Made by a program: the position numbers and the translations under genes
NCBI RefSeq assembly: GCF_001194135.2
Contig: NC_068987.1
Location: 89,181,799-89,245,798, forward strand
Length of the DNA stretch: 64,000 nucleotides
Reading direction: 5' to 3'
From: Octopus bimaculoides
Lineage: Eukaryota
Shown here: positions 37,701 through 50,281 of the stretch, piece after piece
Numbering within the stretch: the first letter of the stretch is position 1
Layout of the letters: every line of letters starts with the position of its first letter
Notes under the pieces: generated by a model
What the model saw: only the letters and a program-made list of their open reading frames with translations
Database searches by the model: none
Told to the model about the DNA's origin: nothing

Positions 37701-38561
37701 TTCTTCCTCTCTCTTTTGAAGTTCTGCTGCTTGTTTGATTCTTATCAGAACTGCTTTGTGTTATAAAGTCTATTCTTAGCCTGCTTCTCTATCTTTGCTA
37801 CAGTGTTTCTATCTTTACCCACTTAGAGATATATATCATCCAGCTCTCATTCAAAACAGATCATATTGCTCTTTTTCTGTCTCTTTTACTTCAGCTGACA
37901 AACAATTGATACGTCAGTGATGTTTTATTAGCTCTCGTTATTTCTCTAATTGAACACATTCAGTTTGTTCACTACTTGTCTTATCATATATATACATGAT
38001 CTCAAGATCATAAAGTAGTTTTTCTGTCCATAAACCTCTTCTGACTCGTACAACAAGCTCAAAATGCTGTGTTTTCCCAACTATTACAGAAAGCATCTCT
38101 TTTTAGATGACTGCATTTTGTCTTTAATTGTGTACTGGAAGAAATACAGTAGTCATATGTAATATAAGCGCAATGTCCGGATTGGGAGGTGAGGGACAAT
38201 TGATCCAACGGACCTCACTCCTTGGTTGATACTTAAGTTTATTGACACTATAAAGGGGAAAGTCAAAATTGATCCTCAGTGGATTCAAACTCATTGTTTT
38301 TAAACATTCACTTTTCCTTGCTGGTATGGGTTGGACAGAATTTGTCGAGGTAGATTTTCCACAGCTAGATGCCTTTCCTGTCACCAACTCCCACCTGTTT
38401 CCAAGCAAGTCAGTATTTCCCCATGGCCAGACATGTTTTTCGTATTAGATCGGAACGAACAGCATCACTTGTATGACAGCAAAGTTCATTTACAATTATC
38501 AAACGACAAGATAAGAGTATACACACCATGTAATGGGCTTCGTTCAGTTTCTGTCTGCCAA

Positions 38562-38772
38562 TGGTGGCGAGCTGGCAGAAACATTAGCACAATAGGTGAA
38601 ATGCTTAGCGGTATGTTGTCTGTCTTTATGTTATGAGTTCAAATTCCGCCAAGGTCGACTTTGCCTTTCGTCCTTTCGGAGTCGATAAATTAAGTACCAG
38701 TTGCATACTGGGGTCGATCTAATTGACTGACCCCTTCCCCCAAAATTTCAGGCCTTGTGCCTAGAGTAGAAA
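38562..38772 (+). mobile_element. SINE family A, young full-length copy inserted in a family B copy, 16-bp TSD
   Basis: AGTTTCTGTCT(G/A)CCAA at 38546-38561 and 38773-38788. Confidence 0.88.
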
Positions 38773-41229
38773 AGTTTCTGTCTACCAAATTCACTCACAA
38801 AGTTTTGGTTGGCCTAGAGCTATAGTTTAAGACATTTGCCCACAGTGCCGCTCATTGGGACTGAACCCAAGATCACATGGTTGGGAAGCAAAGTTTTTAA
38901 CCACGCAGCCATGCCCTTACAACTCTGCTGTACAATAATAATGTTATATATGTGTGTTTGCATGTTTGCACGTATATATGTGCATGTATATGTTTATGTG
39001 TAGTGTCTGATATAAGGCCTGGAACAACCAAAGTGTCACTACCCTTCCTCCTCAGACAAATTAAAATATCTAGGAATGTTTTGATTGGCCTCTCCGTTGA
39101 TAATTAGGTCTGCTTATATAGCAGTACAGATTCTTTAATTACTTACTTGGTTGTTGAGCTAAACCCTATCTTTTTCTCTTAACGCTGGCCAAACTATCTC
39201 CTGTCACACATTGTTTATTGCATGTATTAATTAGAGAGATTATGGATGACAATTAATTGCTGGACAAGGGCTTAAATTAAAACTCTTGTCGTCATTGCCC
39301 ACTGACCACAACAAAACAAATTATATCCTGTTTTCTATTTCAAACCTTTCACTGTAATTAATTTGCTAATTACTTGTGTTCTTTTCAAAGTTGTCCTTCG
39401 TGTTTTTATGTGTATATGACAGCTGTTCGTTTACTTTAGTTAACATTCCAAAATATTATTTATCCCGCCTTCAATTGAGGTCAATTCGTCGTTTATTACC
39501 AGAACATAAGGCATAAAAGCAACACTGCTTCATAGCTTGTCTTTCTTTTTCTGATACAAGTTACTCTTATATAACTGAAAGCGAAAACATTTCACACGTG
39601 GAAACAAAATGGTTCATATCAAATAATTTTATTGAAGTATTGTTTTTCCACTTCATCCCATTGTACTTTTCAAGAGTTATTGTATCCAATATAACCTAGC
39701 TTGCCCGGGACAGATTGCGGGCACTCCTCCTTTTGGAAAAATAACATCCTTATCAATTGAAGTAGGTCAGTTTACATGCAGTCATACTGAAGCATGCAGT
39801 TGTATCTTTAATGTGATTTCTGGCCCCGTAAGTAAAAAACAAAAACAAAAAGCGATTTTTTTTTTTTGAAACTTCGTTTTTAATGTTTTAATTGTGTGTA
39901 ATATTATAATCGATGTTCAATTTAATGTCAAAGCTTCTTTAAATTAATTATATATTTTCAGTTTTGATGTTTCAATTTTATTTATCTTGAAACTATTTCG
40001 GGTTGGGTGAGAAAATAAGTTACATGTTCTTTCTCATGCGCCCTGCATAGGATATATATCTATATATGTGTGTGTGTGTGTGTATGTATGTATAGTAATG
40101 TTTATTGTTTTTTTTTTATGTCTGGTTATTTTAAAAAATCATTTGACATTTCTTCAGTTTAGAAATGCTCAATACTGTTGAATACATATTAAACTTTTAC
40201 AAAATTAGCAGGCGGAAACTTCGAAGTCGCTGTCACCTCTCTTGTAAAATTACATTTCTCCCTTTTTTAGAGTTTTATATAAATTGGAAGAAAAAAAAGA
40301 ATTCTTTTTACAGAAAAAATTGTTGAATAATATAGGGTCCCTCTATTAACCTCAGATCATTTTAATTGTGAAAATTGTTGATAATGAAAAGGCTTTTTTT
40401 ACATCCTTTTACTGTTATTTTAACCCTGTTGGGGTCGATTTTGGATCTTTTAAAACATTTCCCAATCACTTGCATCAAATCAATTTTTCACCGTCTTTTT
40501 TTTTTTTTTAATTTCTACACGGATGTAGTTTTGCGTTTTGTTGATAAAAATCATATTCGTTATTACAGTAAAAATTATTATTAATAATAACGATAATAAA
40601 AAGATAGAAAAAACAATGATTTTCGTCATCAGCATTGTAGAATGGTGGGAGTGGAGAATCTGAAAATTTGAAATCCTTCAAGTGGTTGGGTGAATTTTGA
40701 AAAAGATCCTCCTTTTCGTCTTTCAACACTTTCAGATCGATAAATTATGACGCTTCTGCTGACTGTTTGATCTTTCGTCTGAGAGAGAGAATACGTTTTT
40801 TAAGAATTTCCCAAACTCACAAACAAACATTATCACCAGTTTCTTCAGACACTTTATTATTATTATTATTAACTTAACTATCTACATGAGTTATGCACTT
40901 GGACTGTATTTGGTTGCTCTTATCTCTTCGTTGAGAAGTTTTGACCCTGAGCTAATGCAAAAGTCATACGTTCATATATAACAGCGAATGTTATCATGGT
41001 TGTAAACACACACACACACACACACACACTCTGTTTACAATTCTCGAGAATGACAAAGTTTATAGGTATATTTTTTTCTACTCTAGGCACAAGGCCCGAA
41101 ATTTGGGGGACGGGGGCCAGTCGATTAGATCGACCCCAGTACGCAACTGGTACTTAAACCTTGAAGGGTTTAGTCGAACAAATCGTTCCCAGTTTTCTTT
41201 GTCGATAGTCTGTTACTAATCTATCGGGG

Positions 41230-41321
41230 GCGAAGGTAAAGAATACGCACACCACCCACTTACAACGTTTAGGGTTAGGGTTACGCTACAAACGGGTGGT
41301 GTGCGTATTCTTTGCCTCCGC
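41230..41321. repeat. 38-bp imperfect inverted repeat with telomere-repeat loop (MITE-like)
   Basis: Arms 41230-41267 and 41284-41321; loop TTTAGGGTTAGGGTTA. Confidence 0.6.
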
Positions 41322-42967
41322 TGCTATCGAGTACTTCTGCACAACCGCTAAGCTACCACGGGATTCTACAGTTTCCTTCTACTGAATTCTCTCATAAGGC
41401 ATTAGTCGGCCTGCTGTGTAATAGACGCTTGTGCAAGGAGCTGCGCAGTGGGACTGAACCCGAAACCACATGGTTGTAAAGCGAGCTTCTTAACCACACA
41501 GCTATGCCCCAAAATTTACTAAATGGAATAAATTAGGAAAACAGTTGCATCCAAGGAAATCAGTGATGTTTTACGTTAGTAATAAGACTTACAAATCGTC
41601 CAAACTTTGGAATAAATGTTGTCTTTTAGCAGAACCTTTTTGCTGTGAGGAAGAAAAGTGTAACTTTCTGTGCAGAAGCCATCACGGTGATGTCCCACCG
41701 TGCCCTACCTGGAACATTACCACCCTCCCCCATTAGCTCCTTCCTTTCTCTCTGCTTCACCTCCTCACATCAAACACTATTCACTATTTGCCCCTACTGG
41801 CAGTAACATAGCTAATTTGCGCCACTCAAGGCAGTCTTTAAGTTTTCCACCCCACCTCTTATACATGCGTATACAACAGACCCAAAAGTGCCGCCTGAAG
41901 GCGGATCGCACTTATTAACCAGACCTCCCCCCCCACTTCCTGCCTATGCAACCGGCCATCCATCACTAGTTTCTTGGATTCTGTTCTATAAAAGCAATAT
42001 AAACATTCAAGAGCTGACTGCTGGTTTATGTACTCTATACCCGTGTAGACATGTATTCTGTTGCATACTGCCAATATGGTTTACAATATACATACATCGT
42101 GTACAGAAGTGCAAACACTGTATTTGTTTTAGCTCCTCTTATTTACAGTATCCTTTACCTGTTTAAATGCAAGATACTCCATGTAGTCGTTCGACCTGCT
42201 AGAAATAACAGCCAAATCTCAAGATCACACTGGTGACCTCATCAGTGGTGGGGCCATGAAAAACACACCCAGTACACCTGTCAGGTGGATGGGATTAGGG
42301 AGGGCATCCAGCTGTAGAAATCATGCCAAACATGACATTGGTGCCTGACACAGCTCTACAATTTGTTAGTTCCTGTTAAACTGTTCAGCCCATGCCTGCA
42401 TGGAAAAGGAGACTTCAAATGATGATGATATATTGTGTATAAGCCATTTCCCCCTGCCCTGTTTCTTCAGCAAGAAATATTCTAGAAGTTTCAGGGAATT
42501 CAAGCATTTATTGAAATACGTAGCTGATGGTATGATAACACTATGATAAAAATCAGTTTTTAAATAAACTACCAGTTGTAACGATAACAATGAGAATGTT
42601 AGAGTGAATAGTTTTACCATATGAAATTAAGCAAAGCTGGATAATACTGGTTTCCAGTTTGCCTTTTTGCAACTAATCTCAAGGTAAATCAAGTAATCGA
42701 CTTCTCAGGATAAACATTTACTTTCTGGAGACTTCATCAGCTCTGGTTTAGCCCCATTTGAGTAGACCTATGATTAAAGGTATTCCACCCTTAATCATTC
42801 CATGTTATTCTAAGACAACAATCTAGAACTATATTATCTGTTGTAACCTTCTTTTATTAAGACAGTAAATTGTAGTCTGGTGTTCATTTGGTTGTTATTT
42901 CTAACAAGTCAAGTGGCCCATGTAGATGTTCCCTGACTGGTTCATTCACAGGACTTTTTTTGTTCTG

Positions 42968-43366
42968 TGCAGGCGTGGCTGTGTGGTAAGAAACTTGCTT
43001 CCCAACCACATGATTTCGGGTTCAGTCCCACTGCATGGCTCCTTGGGCAAGTGTCTTCTACTACAGCCTCGGGTTGACCAAAGCCTTGTGAGTGGATTTG
43101 GTGGACAGAAACTGAAAGAAGCCCATTATGTGTGTGTGTGTGTGTATATATATATGTGTGTGTGTGTATTTCTGTGTTTGTCTCCTGACCATCGCTTGAG
43201 AACAGTTGTTCGTGTGTTTACGTCGCCATAATCTAGCGGTTCGGCAAAAAAGACTGATATAATAATAAATACTAGGCTTACAAAGAATAAGTCCTGGGGT
43301 TGATTTGTTCGACTTGAGGTGGTGCTCCAGCATGGCTGCTGTCAAATGACTGAAACAAATAAAAGA
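42968..43366 (+). mobile_element. SINE family B
   Basis: Near full length. Confidence 0.85.
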
Positions 43367-43458
43367 CATAAAACAATATAAATATGGTATCAAAGATAAT
43401 CTCTGCATCATTCTTATTTTTAAAAATTCCTCCAAAACTTTGATAAAAATCAGTTTTT

Positions 43459-43630
43459 CAGTTCTATATTTAAGAGATGAGGAATTATTTACATTATTTA
43501 CATTTGACGGATATTTGTCCTCATCTTGTTTGTTGTTAACACAACGTTTCAGCAGATACACCCTCCAGCCTTCATCAGGTGTCTTGGGGAAATTTCAAAC
43601 CTGGGCTCTCATTCCTAAGGTATTTTTCGA

Positions 43631-43677
<47 letters not shown>

Positions 43678-43903
43678 TCACTGCCTGGAATAGAACTCAG
43701 AATCTTGGTTAGTAGCCCATGCTCTTAACCACTACCCCCCAAGATTCCGAGTTCGATTCCAGGCAGTGACCTGAATAATAATAATAATAACACCGAAAAA
43801 TACTTTAGGAATAAGAACCCAGGTTTGAAATTTCCCCAAGACACCTGATGAAGGCTAGAGAGTATATCAGTAAACAAGATGAGGACAAATATCCGTCAAA
43901 TGT
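43459..43903. mobile_element. Short PLE-derived element: minus arm plus inverted plus arm, 12-bp TSD
   Basis: Same repeat as at 14.1-14.9 kb, without coding sequence. AAATCAGTTTTT is duplicated at 43447-43458 and 43904-43915. Confidence 0.88.
43538..43584 (-). ncRNA. Minimal type I hammerhead ribozyme (PLE-associated), core intact
   Basis: Minus strand reads AGACAC CUGAUGA A GGCUG GAGGGUGUAU CUGCU GAAA CG UU GUGUU: stem I GACAC/GUGUU, core, stem II (one mismatch here), GAAA, palindromic CG stem III. Predicted GUU cleavage is between 43543 and 43542. Confidence 0.75.
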
Positions 43904-43984
43904 AAATCAGTTTTTAAATAAACTTTCACTAATAATAACAATGAAGAGACTTTCAAGTGAATAGTTTTACCATAAATACAGGTC

Positions 43985-44537
43985 TAGTTGTGTGGTTAAG
44001 AAGCTTGCTTTGCAATCATATGGTTCCAGGTTCAGTCCCACTGTGGAGCTCTTTGAGCGAATGTCTTCTGCTATAGCCCTGGGTCAACCAGTACCTTGTG
44101 AGTGAATTTGCTCAAAGGAAATTGTGTAGAAACTTGCTATATGTGTGTGTTTGTGCCTATACTATTCCACCACTACTGTTTGGCAACCAGTGTTGGATTG
44201 TTTATGCCCCTGTGACTTAGTGGTTCAGCAAAAGATATGGATAGAATAAGTATCATTATCACTTAACATGCATTGTCCATGCTGGCGTGGGCTGGGTGGT
44301 TTGACTGGAGCTGGCACGCTGGAAGGCTGCACCAGACTCTAGTCTGTTATGGCAGCTTTTCTATGACTGGATGCCCTTCCTAATGCCACCACTTCGAGAG
44401 TGTAACGGGTGCTTTTACGTGCCACCGGCAGACTTTTAAAGAAGTACCATGGGTGATTTGTTCAGCTAAAATCTTTCAAGGAGTTGCTCCAACATGGCTG
44501 CAGTCCAATAACTGAAACAAGTAAAAGATAAAAGATA
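43985..44537 (+). mobile_element. SINE family B interrupted by a minus-strand family C fragment (about 44262-44430)
   Basis: B head and tail flank an inverted RTE-tail segment. Confidence 0.75.
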
Positions 44538-45169
44538 TCTAACCACTCCAAAGTTATACACCACTGTTGTCATTCAAGTTGGTCTGAGAAACTATAAAAG
44601 CTAGAAAGCTTCACATATTTTGTGAATGATTGCTGTAAAAAGAAAGAAAAGAATCTGGTTTGAAAATGTTAATTACACAGCCCAGCTCTTAAAATTTAAA
44701 AGTGCATAACCTTGCTGAAAACAAGTTATATTATGTTAGGTATTCTGCAGTTTATACTGAAACAAAAGAAATATTTTCTCATACATGGCAGGACATAAGT
44801 GAACAGTTCATTTCATTTTGTTCTACATTTATATCAACTGACTTCATTGTGTCATAAATGCTTTCTAATATATAGATTCGTTTTTGTTATCTTAAGAGCA
44901 CTTGTAATCTGGATAAACAGATCTTTTATATTTTGTTTTGTCTGAGAGATCTACTGACAAATTACTACACACACACACACAACCTCTTATGAAGTTAATC
45001 TATTTGTTCTTTGTTTTGTCTTTTCCTTTCTAAACTCTTTTTAACACCAAACTTTTGGACATTGTTTGTATTTCAATCAAAATCTCATACAATGTATAAT
45101 ATCATGTGATTTCTGTTGTTCAACACTGACATGGTATACCAGTGTATTAAAGCTGATCTGCAAAACCTC

Positions 45170-45420
45170 CTAGCTTAGTCGTTAGGGTGGTGCACTCATG
45201 ATTGTAAAACTAGTTTCAATTTCCAGCCAAGGCAATGCATTGTGTTCTTGAGCGAAACACTTTCATTTCTCATTGCTCCAGTTCACTCAGCTGTAAATGA
45301 GTTCAAACTATTGTTGAAAAGTTCACCTTGTGACAGACGGGTATCTTGTTTAGAGGGCAGTGTTGTAATCTCAGTCACTCACACACCTTGGAAACTGGGT
45401 TAAACTTGGCCTCATGTGAC
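45170..45420 (+). mobile_element. SINE family D (tRNA head, TTGTGTTCTTGAGC.AAACACTT core); other copies at about 13070, 50972 and 51533
   Basis: Four copies share GTTGCACTCATGA(T)...TTCAATTCC...TTGTGTTCTTGAGCAAAACACTT. Confidence 0.7.
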
Positions 45421-45556
45421 AGACCGAAGAAAGTTGATGGTGCTGGTCATATTTTACTCTCCCCGTTCTTTTCTTCTTCAAAACTTTTGATTCAATTGAA
45501 ACACTTACACAATGTACTCATTGCAAATCTGGTCACAAATGAATTAATACTTAACA

Positions 45557-45936
45557 CGCAGGAGTGGCTGTGTGGTAAGTAGCTTGCTTACCAACCACAT
45601 GATTCCAGGTTCAGTCCCACTGCGTGGCACCTTGGGCTAGTCTTCTACTATAGGCCCGGGCCAACCAAAGCCTTGTAAGTGGATATGGTAGATGGAAACT
45701 GAAAGAAGCCTGTCATATATATGTTTGTGTGTCTGTTTCCCCCCCCCCCCAAAAAAAAAACTTTGCTTGACAACCGATGATGGTGTGTTTACATCCCCGT
45801 AACATTAGCAGTTCAGCCTGAGAGACCGATAGAATAAGTACTAGGCTTACAAAGAATAAGTCCTGGGGTTGATTTGCTCGACTAAAGGCGATGCTCCAGC
45901 ATGTCCACAGTCAAATGACTGAAACAAGTAAAAGAG
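45557..45936 (+). mobile_element. SINE family B, near full length, about 80 bp upstream of exon 46017
   Basis: Complete head, core and tail. Confidence 0.88.
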
Positions 45937-46016
45937 TATATATGTATATGTACCTGATGTATTCTATTACTTCTTTTGAGTGCATTTCTGAATATAAACT
46001 TTTATTTATCTTTCAG

Positions 46017-46092
46017 ACAAGATATATTGGAAAAATTCCAGTTGTACAATGCTTTCTATGAAGGCAAACGAGGTTGCTTAAGTATGGATCAA
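46017..46092 (+). CDS. RASSF2/4/6-like: Exon of RASSF2/4/6-like gene (xQDILEKFQLYNAFYEGKRGCLSMDQ)
   Basis: TTTATCTTTCAG acceptor and CAA|GTAAGT donor; 76 nt, phase 2 to phase 0. YNAFYEG matches the YNLYYEG motif at the RASSF2/4/6 N-terminus (recalled, not searched). Confidence 0.85.
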
Positions 46093-46450
46093 GTAAGTGA
46101 TACTCTTTTGTACTTATTTTTAATCAAATGAACGTTGACGGTTATTTTTTTTATATATATATCAGAATATTTTGTTATTTTCTTTTTAAGAAAGAAACAA
46201 AAGAGGATTAATGTGACTCGTCTTTTTAGTAATTTTTTCTTTATAAATATCCTCAGAGCTATTTTTTTTATTGCTTCATTGTCTGCCTCCAATATCTGAT
46301 TAATATCTGTAATTGGCAAAGGTGGTGAGCTGGCAGAATTGTTAGCATACTGGTGGCATTTTATCCTTCTTTATCTCCACCAAGGTCGACTTTGCCTTTC
46401 ATCCTTTAGGGATCAATAAAATAAGTACCAGTTGAGCACTAGGTGCAATA

Positions 46451-46813
46451 CAGGCATGTGCCGTCAGTAATTACTCAGGGTAGGCAGTTGGTGACCTTTA
46501 TGTAGTAAAACACCCCAAAAAAAAATAAGCAAAACACAGCCGCGTGTAGCACATAAAGAAAATGGTGTTGTAGGAATGTACACAGTAATACTATGCATAG
46601 CTTTAATACTGAAATTGAAAGCAGAAGCAAATTATGCCTACCTGATCCACAAAAAAATAAAATATTTTGCATTTTATGCATAGTAATCTGACTAACCTTC
46701 ATAATTTTATTGAGTTAGGTGCATATTTTGCCATAAAAGGAAAATGTTGCTATCAATCTATTTTATTCAAGGTAGGCAGTGCCTACCTTGCCTACCTAGG
46801 TAGCACGTCCCTG
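46451..46813. mobile_element. hAT-like MITE inserted in a SINE
   Basis: Imperfect 11-bp TIRs CAGGCATGTGC / CAGGGACGTGC, 8-bp TSD GTGCAAT(A/G) at 46443-46450 and 46814-46821, subterminal GGTAGGCA/TGCCTACC motifs. Confidence 0.65.
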
Positions 46814-48547
46814 GTGCAATGTGATGAGCTTTACCCCTGCCCTGAACTCGCTGGCCTCATACCAAAATTTGAAGCCAATATTTTCCGATAGGAGAAATGA
46901 CTTAATTAATAGCATACATTCAACAAATGCTAGGTTTAGTTACTATTTACTGTTACTAAACCTTTTTGCTTCTAACTTTTGTGTTTAGCTGCTGTGAAAT
47001 GAAGCGTTTTGCCAAAACTTCAGCTTTCTACTTAACATTTGTATTTTTCACTTGTATACTAACTTATTTGTTTCTTTTCCTGATTGATTCAAATTTGTTT
47101 CCTTGATACAAGGAATGTTTTAGCACAATTTAATCTATGTAGTAAGAAGAAAGAAAATTTGCTTTGCAACTCTGTGTTTCTGGGTTCATTTCCACTGCGC
47201 AACATCTTGGGCAAGTGTCTTGGGAGTGAGCCATTTTGGTACAGCCGTTTTGGCATCACTGATTCAATGCTGATTTATTTGATTTAATGTGTGTGTCCCC
47301 TCTCTCTCTCTCTCTCTCTCTCATACGTGTACATTTCTGTGAGCTTTTGCATGTATGTGTTTGCTCCCCACAAAAAATACTTTTGCTAAAATGGGTTGCA
47401 TATCCAAACAACCATGCCAAATCATCTGCACCCAATCATCCCATTCTGATGTGTCTTCTACCATATCCTCAGGTTGACTGAAACTTTGCAATTAGAATTT
47501 GGTAGATGGAAACTGTGGGGAAGTTGTGTGTGTGTGTGAGATTCACAGGCGTATATTGAGGAAGAAACAAAAACAAAAATATTTGTTTTGTATCATGTTA
47601 GACCCCCACCCCCACCCTCTTTGGTCCTCTCGCCATTAGAAATGCAATGAACCAGTGATTATGTTGTTATTGTTGGAAATGTAACCAACACCATTATTGT
47701 CAACAAATTACATAATGAAAGCCATTTTCAAACACTAGCATTAGATAATTCTGAAAATTAGTATAGATTATTAGAGCATGGAATTTTTTCAGTTAATTAA
47801 TCTTTCATATATCAAGTATCCAATTCAGAGAATGATACTTTTATTTATGCTTGCTAGAGTGCTTAAGGCAAGTAAATTATTTTACCCCAAGACTTGTAAT
47901 AATTACAATAATATAGTTTGATGTTTGTCTAGTTTCAATGATAGCCATGTCTGATTATTGACCATAAACAAATTAGTAAGTGTGTGTGTGTGTGTGTGTG
48001 TGNNNNNNNNNNNNNNNNNNNNNNNNNNNNNNNNNNNNNNNNNNNNNNNNNNNNNNNNNNNNNNNNNNNNNNNNNNNNNNNNNNNNNNNNNNNNNNNNNN
48101 NNNNNNNNNNNNNNNNNNNNNNNNNNNNNNNNNNNNNNNNNNNNNNNNNNNNNNNNNNNNNNNNNNNNNNNNNNNNNNNNNNNNNNNNNNNNNNNNNNNN
48201 NNNNNNNNNNNNNNNNNNNNNNNNNNNNNNNNNNNNNNNNNNNNNNNNNNNNNNNNNNNNNNNNNNNNNNNNNNNNNNNNNNNNNNNNNNNNNNNNNNNN
48301 NNNNNNNNNNNNNNNNNNNNNNNNNNNNNNNNNNNNNNNNNNNNNNNNNNNNNNNNNNNNNNNNNNNNNNNNNNNNNNNNNNNNNNNNNNNNNNNNNNNN
48401 NNNNNNNNNNNNNNNNNNNNNNNNNNNNNNNNNNNNNNNNNNNNNNNNNNNNNNNNNNNNNNNNNNNNNNNNNNNNNNNNNNNNNNNNNNNNNNNNNNNN
48501 NNNNNNATAGCTTATAGTTACAGTTGGTTAATTGTGTGTGTGTTTGT

Positions 48548-48892
48548 TATCATCATCATCATCATCGTTTAACGTCCGCTTTCCATGCTAGCATGGGTTG
48601 AACGATTTGACTAAGGACTGGTGAAACCAGATGGCTACACCAGGCTCCAATCTGATTTGGCAGAGTTTCTACAGCTGGATGCCCTTCCTAACGCCAACCA
48701 CTTCAAGAGTGTAGTGGGTGCTTTTACATGCCACCGGCACGAAGGCCAGTCAGGAGGTACTGGCAATGGCATCTGCACAGGAGCCAGTTCAGCGGCACTG
48801 GCAATGATCTCACTCGAATGTCTTTTCACGTGCCACTGACACAAGTGCCAGGAAGGCGACTTTGGTAACGATCACGCTCAAATGGTGCTATT
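48548..48892 (-). mobile_element. Family C copy
   Basis: RTE-like tail and tandem head units. Confidence 0.82.
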
Positions 48893-50136
48893 AACGTTGT
48901 ATCTGTGCAATTTCACTCCACATATCCCACTCACTGCTGTCGTTTTCTTCCCGAGCCCTAGGACTCATAGGACCAGTTAACCAGTTTCTATGGCATGCAA
49001 GTGACTAAGATCACAACATTCCCCCTGAACTGAATGCCAGTCTATTGCAGGGTCCAAGGTCAGCAAGTTTGAAGGGAGGGGACAACTTCAACCCTAATAT
49101 TTGACTGGTATTTATTTTATCAACCCTTAAGGGATGAAAGGCAAAGTTGATTTAGGCAAGATTTGAACTCAGAATGTAAAAATGAAGCATTCCCATCTGA
49201 CTTGCTAACAGTTCTGTCAGTTCCCTGCTTTTGAGAAAACTAAAATAATTTTCCACCATTTCTTTGCCATTTCCTGTTTGCTTGACGTGATCAATAGTTT
49301 AATATAAAAATCAGACAAAATCAGTTAGAAATTAGTTATTCCAACATCAGGTGCTCTTGATAAACATGACAGAAGTTTTTTTTGTTTTCTTTTCCCTCCC
49401 TTCAGTATTTCTGCTCCTCTTAATATTTGATAATAATGGTTTCACTGAATTCTTGTCTGTTGATTAGAATTTTTATTTTTATGAATTGTGTTGTTTTTCT
49501 ATGGTTGGATGATGACAGGAAACCTAACCTAGGCTTATTTTCCAACAGAGGCAATTATTGAGGCAGAATTTCATTTAGATTTAGACTGCAGGCAACATGT
49601 CTGTAGGATAGTGTGGTAATAAATATGAAATAAGAGACAGACTTGGAAGTTGTGAAAGAAAATAGTTAGCAGGGGGTTGAGAGGCTAAACTGAAAAAATT
49701 AGGTGTATGTTTTTCCTTTGCCAGATGTTTCAATATGTATGTCTGAAAAACTTGATGAGGCATGTCTGTAGGAAAAGGTATTTGTTAGCAACACAAATTA
49801 AATACATTTCATTGAACTTTTCTTCGGTGGTGCGTGGGTGTTGAGTTTTCTGTTGTGGTTTTCTGTGTAAGGGGACGCTGCAGTGACAGGAAAAGAAATA
49901 TTGGAGACGAGGGAATTACAGAGATTTGAAATGATAGGGATTTGTGGAGAGATATACTACTACTAGGGAGAAAGGCAAATGTTAAGCTGGTAATGATTGG
50001 TAGCTACACTGAAGTGAAATTAATCTGGTTAAACTCTTTCACAGACATGACCTAGCATGTTTAATCAGTATTTTATCAGTTTATCTACATGATGTATTAT
50101 GACAGTCATATAAATAATAAGACCAGAAATTTATAT

Positions 50137-50189
<53 letters not shown>

Positions 50190-50220
50190 TTATTTAAAAG
50201 CAGCAGAAATATAACAAAAG

Positions 50221-50260
50221 ACTGTTACTCGGAGTTTCACGTTCCTGTTCATCAGACAGT
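50221..50260 (-). ncRNA. Type I hammerhead ribozyme motif
   Basis: Minus strand ACUGU CUGAUGA ACA GGAA CGU GAAA CUCCGAG UA ACAGU: stem I ACUGU/ACAGU, intact core, near-palindromic stem III, GUA triplet; one A-C mismatch in stem II. Confidence 0.75.
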
Positions 50261-50281
50261 TTTGTTAAATTTTCTAACAAA

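Noticed and set aside
39695-39722. Helitron-like 3' end (GCCCG/CGGGC hairpin plus CTAG on the minus strand)
   Set aside because: Followed by G rather than T, and no matching 5' end was found.
40508-40729. Minus-strand ORF VLKDEKEDLFQNSPNHLKDF...
   Set aside because: No ATG, a stop just upstream, no convincing splice sites, and it runs into low-complexity sequence.
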